This document shows, piece after piece, positions 20,166 through 30,378 of a DNA stretch of 59,515 nt (position 1 is the stretch's first letter; each line of letters begins with the position of its first letter). The notes beneath the pieces are model-generated. The model made no database searches, was not told where the DNA came from, and saw only the letters and a program-made list of their open reading frames with translations. Position numbers and translations under genes: made by a program. The stretch covers positions 1 through 59,515 of IMG/VR virus record IMGVR_UViG_3300022699_000433. The stretch is one strand, 5' to 3'. This stretch comes from a virus (taxonomy: Duplodnaviria > Caudoviricetes).

Positions 20166-20354
20166 ATGAACATGAACGATTATATTTTCGACTGCGAAGA
20201 AGCGCTGCGGCTGGCTCTCGGTAATAGGCGCCGCGCCCGAGGGCGAAGAAAGCAGGGCGCGACGCCGGGCACGAGGCGCAGGCCCCGCCCGCAGGCTTCA
20301 AGCAATAGGGCAGCCGGAGAAGACAAAGACGAGGCAGATCATGAACGCACTTGA
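20166..20354 (+). CDS. Arg-rich hypothetical protein
   Basis: 62 aa; fits operon packing. Confidence 0.4.
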   Translation: MNMNDYIFDCEEALRLALGNRRRARGRRKQGATPGTRRRPRPQASSNRAAGEDKDEADHERT

Positions 20355-20598
20355 CCGACAAGTCGGCGGCAGCCATTACAAGCAGTACAAAATTCAACCC
20401 TATGAGTTTTTTATCGTTAATAAAATCCCCCACCATAAGGCAGCCATAATCCGCCGGATCCTCCGCTATGATCATCCGACCGGCGGCGGAGTAAAGGACC
20501 TTAACAAGATCATGCATGAAGTAGAAATGATTAAGGAACTGGAAGGATGGGAAGAAAACCCTAAAGAGCAAAAAGACAGTAAACCAGGTTCAGAATAA
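20341..20598 (+). CDS. DUF3310-like phage protein
   Basis: RQVGGSHYK...IQP...KDLNK motif pattern. Confidence 0.75.
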   Translation: MNALDRQVGGSHYKQYKIQPYEFFIVNKIPHHKAAIIRRILRYDHPTGGGVKDLNKIMHEVEMIKELEGWEENPKEQKDSKPGSE

Positions 20599-20617
20599 AA
20601 CGTGAAAGGCCCGAGCC

Positions 20618-20950
20618 ATGATCACCATACGAATCGAACGACACGACAGGGACAACATTGCCAAGTTATGGCACTTGATTGACGAAGGCTGGTCGGTGCT
20701 TTCGGTGACCTGCAATTACAAACGCAAGATCTACACCATAAGGCTGACGGAAGACCCGTGGCCTGCGGCAATGCTAACCTGTCCGGTATGTAAACAGCGG
20801 CGGAGGCCGTGCGATTTTACCTTCGAAGAAACCCAGGGTGAATTTGCGTGCACCTATTGCCGGCCGCGGGTGTATCACGGCCGGCACGTAACGAAAGGAG
20901 TCAGCTGTGGCTATTACGAAAATCAACGATCAGTGGGCCACCAAGGATGA
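20618..20950 (+). CDS. hypothetical zinc-finger protein
   Basis: CPVC...CTYC. Confidence 0.5.
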   Translation: MITIRIERHDRDNIAKLWHLIDEGWSVLSVTCNYKRKIYTIRLTEDPWPAAMLTCPVCKQRRRPCDFTFEETQGEFACTYCRPRVYHGRHVTKGVSCGYYENQRSVGHQG

Positions 20951-21218
20951 ATTTGAGAGTGAGGAATTTGAGGGGGCTATGATCAAGGAGCAAGTGCGTG
21001 TGTACCTTGATTCAAAAACGTTTGGGCAGCTCCTAGAGCTGGGCGAACAGCACGGCATCTTTGCTGATCAGAAGGCACAGGCGTTTCTCTACGAAAAGCT
21101 CGGCAAGAAACGCAAGAGTTGGAAGAGCTGCAAGAAATCGGAGCTCAAACGGGTGTTTCTGGAATCCGGCGTGGATCTGGCCGGCAAGGTGCCCGCTGAG
21201 ATTTTACGGATTGAATGA
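20907..21218 (+). CDS. phage hypothetical protein
   Basis: 103 aa; GTG after AAGGAG. Confidence 0.6.
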   Translation: MAITKINDQWATKDEFESEEFEGAMIKEQVRVYLDSKTFGQLLELGEQHGIFADQKAQAFLYEKLGKKRKSWKSCKKSELKRVFLESGVDLAGKVPAEILRIE

Positions 21219-21233
21219 AGGCCGGAGGTATAG

Positions 21234-21371
21234 ATGGGCGAGAGCATAGAAACCATCAGCGCCATAATTCTGTTTCTAGGGCTGTTCGTTCGATACCCCA
21301 GGATTGCCATAGCCGTGGCATACCTGATCGGCATGAGTAACGGATTATATGTAGCATATCATTTGGCGTGA
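21234..21371 (+). CDS. small membrane protein (45 aa)
   Basis: GGAGG RBS; hydrophobic sequence. Confidence 0.45.
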   Translation: MGESIETISAIILFLGLFVRYPRIAIAVAYLIGMSNGLYVAYHLA

Positions 21372-21390
21372 AAGACGGCAGGCTGAGCCG

Positions 21391-21642
21391 GTGAAAGAGA
21401 TCGTGTTCAAGGACGGCCACAAGATTACCACCCCTTGGCTGCGGAGCGAAGAAGCCGCGGCTTACTGCGGTCTGGCGAAGAGCTCGTTTTACCGAAAAGC
21501 GACCGGTGTCCCTTTCGGCGGCAGCGGCAGCCAGCGTATGTACCACGTGGACGTGCTCGACGACTGGATGGCCGGCAAACTGGAAGTGCCCTTTGAGCCG
21601 GAAGGAAAAAGCGGCGTCGAGGTGGTGACCGACGAGGCATGA
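21391..21642 (+). CDS. excisionase/AlpA-like HTH protein
   Basis: WLRSEEAAAYCGLAKSSFYRK...YHVDVLDDWM. Confidence 0.75.
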   Translation: MKEIVFKDGHKITTPWLRSEEAAAYCGLAKSSFYRKATGVPFGGSGSQRMYHVDVLDDWMAGKLEVPFEPEGKSGVEVVTDEA

Positions 21643-21698
21643 AGGCCAGCAGGGGATCCTGAGAAAGCATGTATAGACACGAGGAGATTGAGATCATT

Positions 21699-21842
21699 AT
21701 GGAATTTATCATGATGCGGATCAATGCGCACTGGCACTGGCTGGGGCCGCTCTTGCTCGGCTGCCTGGTCGTGATGCTGGCATGGGTGATTATGGACATC
21801 GTAAGAGGCGAATACAGCGAGAAAAGAGATCGCTATGTTTGA
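21699..21842 (+). CDS. small membrane protein (47 aa)
   Basis: GAGGAG upstream; WLGPLLLGCLVVMLAWVIM segment. Confidence 0.4.
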   Translation: MEFIMMRINAHWHWLGPLLLGCLVVMLAWVIMDIVRGEYSEKRDRYV

Positions 21843-22112
21843 GATCGTAATCAAGAAAAAGGCGGAGATCATAGAAAAAGAAGGCTACGAGTGGCAAGTG
21901 ATCGGCGAGACCGTCATGAACCATGAAGAGATCGAGCAGCTTTCGAGCAGAACATACGGCAGAGAGTTAAATAGCTAGGATTTGAAAAAAAACTCTACGG
22001 GTACACGCCTGTAATAAATAAGGCCGTGGTGAAAGAGATCGAAATCTTGCGTCAGAGGGTCGAGGATCTGGACCTGGTGGCCGTGATCAGGGCGATCAAC
22101 AAGATCGATTAA
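21835..22112 (+). pseudogene. probable frameshifted phage gene
   Basis: MFEIVIKKK... stops at 21976; protein-like continuation KLYGYTPVINK...LDLVAVIRAINKID in the -1 frame. Confidence 0.4.
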
Positions 22113-22117
22113 AGGAG

Positions 22118-22705
22118 GTGACGATAATGAATGCAGAGCTTACGTCGACCGATGGTCTGCGACTGATTGCAAAGGAACGGATTAGGCAGATTGAAGAGGA
22201 AGGCTGGATTGCGGCGCATGATGATCTTTATAACCCAGACGGTGAACTCTTGGCCGCCGCGGTTTGTTATGCAACGCCCATGAAGGTTTTTAAAAAAGAA
22301 AAATTACATGGCGGGCTTCAATTTGTGGATCCCTGGCCATGGAGTATGGACCTCGATAAGCGGATGGTCTATGGGGTGAACCGCCGAGACTACGCAGGCG
22401 TGATCCCCGATCCGGAGACCTATACACAGCTAGAGAAGATTGATTTGCTGGCAAAAGCAGGGGCTCTTATCGCGGCCGAGATCGACCGGGAAATGCGAAC
22501 GCTGCTTGACGGCCCTGCCTCGAACCAAGTGAAGCGATTTATGGCCCATCATCTGATCGAGGTTTTGGGCGGGAGAGATGAGGACAACGTATGGGAGATC
22601 TACTGCGAGTGGTGTGCAAAAGAAAATACCCCGATAGTGGGCCGAAACCAGTTTACGATACAGTTCAAGGCACTTATTGCTCGGATAGAGAATGAAGAGC
22701 GTTGA
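22118..22705 (+). CDS. phage hypothetical protein
   Basis: ERIRQIEEEGW..HDD, PWPW, AKAGALIAAEIDR pattern typical of phage early genes; C-terminus resembles a D5-type winged helix. Confidence 0.7.
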   Translation: MTIMNAELTSTDGLRLIAKERIRQIEEEGWIAAHDDLYNPDGELLAAAVCYATPMKVFKKEKLHGGLQFVDPWPWSMDLDKRMVYGVNRRDYAGVIPDPETYTQLEKIDLLAKAGALIAAEIDREMRTLLDGPASNQVKRFMAHHLIEVLGGRDEDNVWEIYCEWCAKENTPIVGRNQFTIQFKALIARIENEER

Positions 22706-22859
22706 TGAGATTGTCAGTGAAATCGCCGAGCGGTCGCTTGCAGTGAATGGACCGAATGAGGTTTCAAATCTCTATACGGTCATGATGGAGATACATCGCG
22801 CGGTCGGCGATCTCATGGCGCAGATTCTAGAGCAAAAGAGGAACGCGAAAGGAGCATAA
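22692..22859 (+). CDS. small hypothetical protein (55 aa)
   Basis: Fills the gap between two ORFs with tight junctions. Confidence 0.45.
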   Translation: MKSVDEIVSEIAERSLAVNGPNEVSNLYTVMMEIHRAVGDLMAQILEQKRNAKGA

Positions 22860-23618
22860 ATGAACCTGGAACGATATGTCGTCTATGACGTAGAAGTGCT
22901 TAGGGATCCCGCAACGGTTGATGGCGCTTGGGATAATCCCGAAGCCCTGGGCTTTGCCTCTGCGGTGGTCTATTCGTATGAAACAAATCGCTACCATTTC
23001 TTTTTGCACCTGAAGCAACGGAAAGATCTGCTGCGGTTTTTAACAGGCAAAATTGCCGTCAGTTTTAACGGGATCAAGTTCGACTCTCGGGTGCTGCTCG
23101 GCAACAACCGCGAGCTGGATGCAGACGGTTGCACCCGCACAGACGGCCGCACCGGCAAGGATATTCTGTGGTGGGATAACTACGATATCCTGCTTGAGTA
23201 CATCAAAGCCACGTTTGGTTTTGAAACCGTGGCCGAGGCCGAGGAAAAGCTCGGCGACAAAGCTATCCATGATGGTACGTTCAGCCTGGACGGGCTGGGT
23301 GAAGGCACTCTGGGTATGCGAAAATCCGGCCACGGCGCCGCAGCTCCGTATCTGTATGATGCGGGCCGGTGGTTGGAGCTGCTTGCCTACAACCTCCAGG
23401 ATGTGAGGATTACCAAACACCTCTTCGATTTTGTCCTCGCTCATGGTTTTGTGTTCGACCGGCTCGGTCGGGCCGTGAAGCTCGAGACAATCCCTCAATC
23501 ATCACATGCCGTATTCGCAGAACAGCGGTGTGTTTGCCCAATTTGCGGTCAACCGCACCCATATCGCAGCAGTGGCGGGTCTGGCTGTGGTACCGGCACG
23601 GATCAACCTTTGGTTTGA
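22860..23618 (+). CDS. RNase H-like (DEDD) 3'-5' exonuclease
   Basis: YDVE, SFNGIKFD, YNLQDV. Confidence 0.8.
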   Translation: MNLERYVVYDVEVLRDPATVDGAWDNPEALGFASAVVYSYETNRYHFFLHLKQRKDLLRFLTGKIAVSFNGIKFDSRVLLGNNRELDADGCTRTDGRTGKDILWWDNYDILLEYIKATFGFETVAEAEEKLGDKAIHDGTFSLDGLGEGTLGMRKSGHGAAAPYLYDAGRWLELLAYNLQDVRITKHLFDFVLAHGFVFDRLGRAVKLETIPQSSHAVFAEQRCVCPICGQPHPYRSSGGSGCGTGTDQPLV

Positions 23619-23835
23619 TCCGAGCTGCGTAATGCCGGGAGAGGTGCAGTTTTATGTGGATTTTTATGAGGCGAGGGACGGCGGCTATCCCTATCTGCAT
23701 AATTCCAGGCGCGTGGCTATCCTAGATGCGACAAAACTCACGCCCGAGGAGATAGAGAAAATAATCCTCATTAATACCAAACACTTTAATCGGCGATGGA
23801 CCTACCGAAAAACCTATCAACCAACAATTGGATAG
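23506..23835 (+). CDS. hypothetical protein (start may be 23632)
   Basis: ORF in operon; overlaps the exonuclease tail. Confidence 0.35.
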   Translation: MPYSQNSGVFAQFAVNRTHIAAVAGLAVVPARINLWFDPSCVMPGEVQFYVDFYEARDGGYPYLHNSRRVAILDATKLTPEEIEKIILINTKHFNRRWTYRKTYQPTIG

Positions 23836-23896
23836 GGTTTGTGATGAAACGCATACGGGACTTCCGGAACTTTAAAAAGCAACAAAATGAGCAGTA

Positions 23897-24619
23897 ATGC
23901 CGAAACGAGTGTATGATCTATTCTTCGAACCGGGCGAGGTGGTGGAGATCCGCGCGTTCGGCCTCGCCGGCAAAAACAGGGCCTGGCAGGACTATGCCCG
24001 GAAAAACGCCGCCGTTTCAGGCTACTTTAATAATGCCGAGGACTTCGCCCGCAGCGCCCAGGCCCTGGAGGTCGCCAAGGCGACCGGGGTGTATTTCACC
24101 CTCAACCCCTGTGATCCTTCCCTGCTTGCCCGGGCCAATAACCGCCTCGTGGCACAGCCGAAAGCCACCACCAGCGACCAAAATATCAAGTGTCTGCGGT
24201 GGCTGCCCATTGACCTGGATCCCAAGCGGCCATCGGAGATCAGCGCCACCGACCAGGAGATAAAAGAAGCCGAGACCCTCGCCCGCGACATTACCCACTG
24301 GCTGGAGGGAGACCTGGGTTTTTCCAGGGGTATTAGGGGCTTTTCGGGCAATGGGTACCACATCGTGTACCGTCTGCCGGATCTGCCCAACGACGATGAG
24401 CACAAAGGGCTGATCAAAAAGGCACTCCAGGCGATTGAGGAGAAATTCCGGAACACCAACGTCCTGGTCGACCTCACCGTGTTCAACCCGGCCCGGATCT
24501 GGAAACTTTACGGGACCACCGGCAGGAAGGGCGATTCAACCCCCGATCGGCCGCATCGCAAAAGCTACCTCTTTTCTGAGCAGGCGGCCACGTTGTCGGA
24601 GGTGGAGGTGACCGTGTGA
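23897..24619 (+). CDS. AEP-like primase catalytic domain
   Basis: VYFTLNP, IDLD, SGNGYH, NPARIWKLYGT. Confidence 0.8.
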   Translation: MPKRVYDLFFEPGEVVEIRAFGLAGKNRAWQDYARKNAAVSGYFNNAEDFARSAQALEVAKATGVYFTLNPCDPSLLARANNRLVAQPKATTSDQNIKCLRWLPIDLDPKRPSEISATDQEIKEAETLARDITHWLEGDLGFSRGIRGFSGNGYHIVYRLPDLPNDDEHKGLIKKALQAIEEKFRNTNVLVDLTVFNPARIWKLYGTTGRKGDSTPDRPHRKSYLFSEQAATLSEVEVTV

Positions 24620-26451
24620 ACCTGGAACAGCTGAAGCAGCTGGCCGCCATGGCTCCCGTGGAGGAGTCCCCCTATCCCCCCGCCCCCGCGCAAGGACCGA
24701 AGACCGCTTCCAGACGAGGCGAGGTCCGGCCTATGGAGAACACCCTCGGCACCCTTGAGCTGGGGGCGTACCTCACCCACTACGGCATCGACTACAAGAC
24801 CAAGCAGCAGGGTGCGCTGACCCTCTATCTACTCAAAGAGTGCGTCTTCGATCCCAACCACAGCCCCTACGAGGCCTCTATCTGCTATTCCCCTACCCCG
24901 CCGTTTCTGACCTACCAGTGTTTTCATCAAAGCTGCCGGGGCAAGACCTGGAAAGAAGCCCGGCGGGCGATCTCGGGCGCTGATTCGCTGGCCCCTTTCT
25001 GCGCCAACTACGATCCCCAGTGGAAGCAAAAGAAATCGGAGCTCGGTACCCGGTTGATGGTCGACCTGGATATCGGCCCGGTGGACCCTTTAGAGACAAG
25101 GAGTGATATCATGGTGCACGGACAACCCCTGCCCCCTCCGCGGGAAATAGACCCCCTGGAGTTCTTTGATCTGCGGGGCAAACGACCCCAGTTCGTCGAG
25201 AACTGGATGGCGAAGTACCTGGCCGCCCAGCTCGGACCGATCTGCTACACCGAGGGCGTGTATTGGCGCTATGAGGGAGGCGTGTGGAAGGAGTTTCCCC
25301 AGGAGGTGATCAGGCAGACGGCCCAGCAGGCCATGAAAGACAGAGTCAAGTCCACCTACATCGACAACAGCATGAAGATCCTGGCCGCCCTGGTGAAGCG
25401 CACCGAGGCCCAGTGGACGACCGACGACCGGTATGTCAACTGCAGAAACGGCATGGTGGACCTCAAGGAGGCCGCGCTCCTGCCGCATGACCCGGCCTAC
25501 CGGAGCAGGACCCAGATTCCCTGCAACTTCGACATGAACGCCACCTATGACCGGTGGCTGCGGTTCCTGGAGGAAGTGTTTCCCGAGGATGACCAGAAAA
25601 AGCCCGGCGAGCTCGGCAAGGCGGATCTGCTCCAGCAGTTCTTCGGCTATTGCCTGCTCGGTGACTGCCGGTACCAGAAGGCCTTGTTCTTATACGGGGT
25701 GGGTGCCAACGGCAAGAGTACGGCCATCAATGCCCTCATCTCCGTTTTGGGGATCGAGAACACCTCCACGCTCACCATCGAGGACATGTCGGAGCGGTTC
25801 ACCACCCATTTCCTCCAGGGGAAGCTCCTCAACTTCGCCACCGAGACCAACACCCGAAACCCCATGGACACCGAGAAGTTCAAGGCTGCGGTGCGGGGCG
25901 ATCCCCTGAAGGCCGAGCGGAAGTACGGCTCTCCCTACAACTTCTCACCCACGGCCAAGTGGGTGGTGGCCATGAACGAGGCCCCGGTCATCCCGGATAA
26001 GACCCCGGGGTTCACCCGGAGCATCATCGTGCTCGAGTTCAAGCACCGATTCGTGGGCGGCGAGATCGACTACGGCCTCGGCGAGAAGCTGGGCGCAGAG
26101 CGGGACGGGATCTTCATGTGGACCCTGTTCGGCCTGGAGCGGCTGCTCAAGCGAAACGGCTTTGCTATTCCCTCCAAGGTCGAAGAGGAAGGCCGGGAGT
26201 TTATGCGGGCGCTGAACCCCTTGCTGCTCTTTGTTGATGAGGAATGCACTATGGGACCCCAGGAGGAAGTAGGAAGCACCGAGTTCTACAATCGGTATAA
26301 GGAGTGGTGCAGCGACGGGCACAACCGGCCGCTCAGCAGGAACAAGTTCGCCGACCAGATCCTCATGCACTGGCCGGAAGTGACCAAGGGATGGATTGGA
26401 GAGACGACGCAAAGGAAACGTGGCTTCAAGGGGATAGGGTTAAAAGTCTAA
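24616..26451 (+). CDS. P4/D5-family SF3 helicase with N-terminal Zn-binding region
   Basis: NCRNGMVDL, GVGANGKST Walker A, C..H..CFHQSC, C-terminal YKEWC winged helix. Confidence 0.9.
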   Translation: MNLEQLKQLAAMAPVEESPYPPAPAQGPKTASRRGEVRPMENTLGTLELGAYLTHYGIDYKTKQQGALTLYLLKECVFDPNHSPYEASICYSPTPPFLTYQCFHQSCRGKTWKEARRAISGADSLAPFCANYDPQWKQKKSELGTRLMVDLDIGPVDPLETRSDIMVHGQPLPPPREIDPLEFFDLRGKRPQFVENWMAKYLAAQLGPICYTEGVYWRYEGGVWKEFPQEVIRQTAQQAMKDRVKSTYIDNSMKILAALVKRTEAQWTTDDRYVNCRNGMVDLKEAALLPHDPAYRSRTQIPCNFDMNATYDRWLRFLEEVFPEDDQKKPGELGKADLLQQFFGYCLLGDCRYQKALFLYGVGANGKSTAINALISVLGIENTSTLTIEDMSERFTTHFLQGKLLNFATETNTRNPMDTEKFKAAVRGDPLKAERKYGSPYNFSPTAKWVVAMNEAPVIPDKTPGFTRSIIVLEFKHRFVGGEIDYGLGEKLGAERDGIFMWTLFGLERLLKRNGFAIPSKVEEEGREFMRALNPLLLFVDEECTMGPQEEVGSTEFYNRYKEWCSDGHNRPLSRNKFADQILMHWPEVTKGWIGETTQRKRGFKGIGLKV

Positions 26452-26674
26452 TGATTCAGTGAGGAATAAAGGACAGTATCGTCTGCTTCTGGGCTTCCCT
26501 CTCTCTTGCATTTTTCTAATGACCGATTTGAGGGTGTGAGAATGAAAAAGGTGCACGTTTTTGAACTATCTTCTTGCATGGATTTGCCTAATGAGAACGG
26601 AACTATAGGAATTCCTGAAAACCCGCGCCCCTTCTGCGTTTTGTAATTTTGACCAACCAAAAAGTGAATAAAGC

Positions 26675-26820
26675 GGTGCACGTTCTGCACGTTCTGCACG
26701 GTTTTTTTCTATTTTATTTTTTCTGTGTACTTCATTTGATCGCGCATAGGTATAAAAATACAAAGTAAAAAAATAGATTAAGATAGGTAAAAAGCGTGCA
26801 GAACGTGCAGAACGTGCACC
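26675..26820. promoter_or_regulatory. putative phage replication origin
   Basis: Perfect 26-bp inverted repeats (26675-26700, 26795-26820) made of 9-bp TGCACGTTC units flanking a 94-bp AT-rich spacer, just after the helicase. Confidence 0.7.
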
Positions 26821-27222
26821 TTCAGGTTCGAGTTGAGATCCAACAATGACTTAAATGATGGCTGCCGTGTATATTTCTGGGGTGCGATTGCAGACCGGAG
26901 GAGATCAATTCAGATGAGAAGGCGACAGCTGGGCGGTATCTCTCATAAAATGAGAGGGGGAGGGGAAGCCATAAGGGCAAAGCGGCTCGCCGCCGCAATG
27001 GCTCAACATCATTTCATGGTTGCCGCGGATATGAATTGAACCGGGCTCACGATATGAATTTGAAGCGCCGAGCTCGGGCTCCTCCCCTTCCAGGTTCACT
27101 TAGAGGAAAAAGCAGGCATGAGACCTGGTCCAGGAGTATGAAGAGGATCGCCCACAAGAGGGATTCTTGGACCAGGTGAAAAAGAGGCGAAAATGGGCGT
27201 TTTTTCATCCGATGCAATGAAT

Positions 27223-27328
27223 AAAAACGATCGTTTTTCTTACTCCCTGACTGTCAAAGAATATCCTTTACATCATTATATGAATGATGGTAATATCAGC
27301 CCGAAATGGAGGTTTTCTTTGACAGTCA
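27223..27328. promoter_or_regulatory. res-like site upstream of the serine recombinase
   Basis: Palindrome AAAAACGATCGTTTTT (27223-27238); 14-bp inverted pair TGACTGTCAAAGAA (27248-27261) / TTCTTTGACAGTCA (27315-27328). Confidence 0.55.
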
Positions 27329-27347
27329 CTGGAAAGGGAGACAAAAC

Positions 27348-27947
27348 ATGGCAAAAGTCACAGCATACATCCGGGTGAGCAGCGACAAGCAAGACGTCGA
27401 GAATCAGCGTCTTGAGATCCTCAAGCTGGCCAACGAACAAGACCTCGGTTCAGTCACCTTCATCGAGGAGACCATCTCCGGGAGAAAGTCCTGGCATGAG
27501 CGTAGGCTTGCCCAGGTGATCGAAGAGCTCAAAGAAGGCGATGCGCTCATCGTGGCCGAGCTCTCCAGGCTCGGGAGATCCATGTTGGAGATCATGGAAA
27601 TCCTCAGTATGGCCACCCAGCGGTATATCAAGGTCTACGCCTCCAAGGGCAACTGGCAGCTCGACGGATCGATGCAGTCCAAGATCATCGCCATGGTCCT
27701 GGCCATGGCAGCCGAAATAGAGCGGGATTTGATATCGCAGCGCACCAAAGCGGCCCTGGCCACCAAGAAGGCAGCCGGCGTCAAGCTGGGAAGACCTTCC
27801 GGGCCTGGCAAGTCCAAGCTTGATCCCCGGAAAGATGAGATCCTGGAGCTCCTGGAACTCGGGGTAACAAAAAAGAGAGTAGCCCAAAAGATGGAAACCA
27901 ACGTCGGTAATTTAAATCATTGGCTGAAGAAGCGGGCCTTGGGGTGA
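27348..27947 (+). CDS. small serine recombinase (resolvase/invertase)
   Basis: AYIRVSSDKQ, LSRLGRS, ERDLISQRTK, GVKLGRP, C-terminal HTH; GGGAG RBS. Confidence 0.93.
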   Translation: MAKVTAYIRVSSDKQDVENQRLEILKLANEQDLGSVTFIEETISGRKSWHERRLAQVIEELKEGDALIVAELSRLGRSMLEIMEILSMATQRYIKVYASKGNWQLDGSMQSKIIAMVLAMAAEIERDLISQRTKAALATKKAAGVKLGRPSGPGKSKLDPRKDEILELLELGVTKKRVAQKMETNVGNLNHWLKKRALG

Positions 27948-28284
27948 GCGCCACGCTGAACTGGCTGCTGGGAGTTGAGTTTGAGGCAAGACAAGAAGAG
28001 GATTTTAGAAACGTCGAAAATCGGAAATCCGGGGATCGGAGTCCCGTCCCCCGTCATCACCTTGGCTGCTGTGGAAATTTGCCAACTTTTTACTCTCACC
28101 TATATCCTTGATCGAAATTAAGGGGAAGAGGGGAAGTTGATAATATGTGTTATCACGATAAGCAATTGAGCTTTATGATCCATTCTCCATGAAACGAAGA
28201 AAACAATCTGCGAATGGGCATGGTTTTAGAAACCAAAAAAAGATATTAATCCCCACCTCGCTGCCCATTAGGCTTTTATAGCTG

Positions 28285-28334
28285 AATGATATCCAAAGAT
28301 ATCTAGTCTGTTCTCAAATCTGGATCGTGGCAAG
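28285..28334. repeat. 50-bp direct repeat, copy 1
   Basis: 46/50 identical to 31590-31639 by manual alignment. Confidence 0.85.
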
Positions 28335-28638
28335 AGATCCGCAATCCTACTGTATCCAACTAGACCACAATATCTTGAAGTTAAGGCTATTTTTCTAGTA
28401 TAGTGGAAATGATCATTTTTAACTGGCACCCAGACATCAGCAGAATTGTTGAATTTGTCGGAATTCAAGGATAATGCAAGTATTGTTGACCGCAATGGAG
28501 GCTTCGAAGGTTCAGGTTTATTTGGGTATATGTCTTAAATTTGACAAAACTAAAGGTTAGGAAATCAAGTCGAAAAAATGAGGATCGTGGTTGTATTCAT
28601 CTCGATTATAAAAACCATCCGAGTGGAGAACCGAAAAG

Positions 28639-29361
28639 ATGGCAAACAAGGAAAAAGGTAAAGTCAAAAAATCACGGAAAATCTTTATCTCAACGGCACA
28701 CATCATCCTCCCGCACATAATCGGGAAGCTCGACTACATGGAGCGTTTCAAATACTTCACTATCTCCGCAATCGAGAGTGAGAAGAAGGACATCCAGGAA
28801 AGCTTTGCCAAAGCTACTGATGGGAAGAACGAGGAGGAGATTGAAAGGTATATGGACTGGGCAGGCGAGGACTACTACCTGGTCAAGGATATATTCTCCA
28901 AAATCAGTCTGAACTCCTTTGTCATTATACTTTATTCTTATATAGAGGATGGACTCAACACCTTTAGCGATGTCCTATATTCTGACCAGAGACAGAAGTG
29001 CAAAGTGCACGGTGGCAACCCTATCCAGATCAGGTATATTGATATGAAAGGGAAAGGTATCGACCGAGCCAAGGTCTACCTTGAAAAGGTATTCGGAGTT
29101 GACCTCCAGGCCGGAATGCAATCTTGGCAGGAGATAAAGGCCTTGCAGAAAATTCGGAACGTCATTGTCCATGAAGATGGTTGGGCAAGCGACGACATGC
29201 CAAATGATTCATGCATAAAGGATTGCATGAAGAAGGGGCAGATAGAGATTGAGCGAAGAAGTGACGGAAGACTTGGTAAAGTCATCGTAAAGTCAGGGTA
29301 TCTCGACCGTATTCTTGAGCAGACAAAATTATTTTTCAGTAATATAAAATGGCAAGACTGA
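28639..29361 (+). CDS. HEPN-like protein
   Basis: 240 aa helical; LYSYIE helix and RNVIVH (RxxxxH). Confidence 0.65.
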   Translation: MANKEKGKVKKSRKIFISTAHIILPHIIGKLDYMERFKYFTISAIESEKKDIQESFAKATDGKNEEEIERYMDWAGEDYYLVKDIFSKISLNSFVIILYSYIEDGLNTFSDVLYSDQRQKCKVHGGNPIQIRYIDMKGKGIDRAKVYLEKVFGVDLQAGMQSWQEIKALQKIRNVIVHEDGWASDDMPNDSCIKDCMKKGQIEIERRSDGRLGKVIVKSGYLDRILEQTKLFFSNIKWQD

Positions 29362-29401
29362 TGAGATGCAAAAAACATATAGGTAACATTAGGAAAATAA
29401 C

Positions 29402-30220
29402 ATGCCAAAAGTAGTTCCTAGCCAAGTTGTTGAAGTAATAGATCAAGTCTTTCCTAATGCAAAGGATCAAAAAGATACTAAGCAGAATCGTTTTTCTATT
29501 GGTAGAACATACCAAAATGAATTGGCGGCAATAGTTGAGCTTGTCGATCAGATTCCAGCAGAGTTGATAAAGCTTGACCCAAAAGATTACACAGCCCTCC
29601 AATTGGCTGTTACTGCAATAGAAAATACATTACCTACATGGAAACGACGCGAATATGGATTGGATTGTATACATGGTCATGGAAACCTCAACCCCGTTAC
29701 AATAATCAGAAATGCTCTTTCCGAATGCCCAGATGAAGGGGTATCAAAATCGGTATCTGATTTAACCTTTATATCCGTTCAAGAGTTGAGAGAAAGCCTG
29801 CGAATCGACATTAGCTCAGCAAATCAGGCATTTCAAAATGGTGAATGGAAAGCCGCTACTGTACTTGCTGGAGCAACAATCGAAGCTATTTTGCTATATG
29901 TACTGCATACGGTGCAGGATTCCGATCCGTCCAAAATATCATCATCTATAACCACACTTGTTTCAAATGATATTCTTGGGAGTTCTCCCGGGAATGATCT
30001 TGATAAATGGTCACTCCATCCATTAACAGAAGTTGCCGCCGACCTCAGCTTGATTAGAGAGGAAACTGCAATTCAAATAAGGATAGCACGTGACTTTAGA
30101 AATCTTATTCATCCTGGGGTTTCTGTGCGAAAAAACATAGTTTGCAATAGAGGAACAGCACTTTCAGCATTAGCAGCACTTGAGCATACTATAAATGATC
30201 TAAGTGCAAATTCACCGTAA
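29402..30220 (+). CDS. HEPN/DUF4145-like protein
   Basis: 272 aa; KAATVLAGATIEAIL and RDFRNLIHP. Confidence 0.65.
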   Translation: MPKVVPSQVVEVIDQVFPNAKDQKDTKQNRFSIGRTYQNELAAIVELVDQIPAELIKLDPKDYTALQLAVTAIENTLPTWKRREYGLDCIHGHGNLNPVTIIRNALSECPDEGVSKSVSDLTFISVQELRESLRIDISSANQAFQNGEWKAATVLAGATIEAILLYVLHTVQDSDPSKISSSITTLVSNDILGSSPGNDLDKWSLHPLTEVAADLSLIREETAIQIRIARDFRNLIHPGVSVRKNIVCNRGTALSALAALEHTINDLSANSP

Positions 30221-30236
30221 ACTGGATTGAAGCAAT

Positions 30237-30309
30237 GTTTAACATCAGCTTTGAGAAGGATGCTCATTCCACCTCGCTTCATTCGCATCTCTCAAGCTTG
30301 TCGTTATGC
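30237..30309 (+). other. integron attC site
   Basis: R'' GTTTAAC-N5-L'' CTTTGAGA ... L' TCTCAAG-N6-R' GTTATGC with one extrahelical base. Confidence 0.8.
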
Positions 30310-30378
30310 GGATGTTTCTTTTTCTGTGATCTTTGACCGGAAATCATCTTAATATATTTTAATAGAGGGTTCTATATA

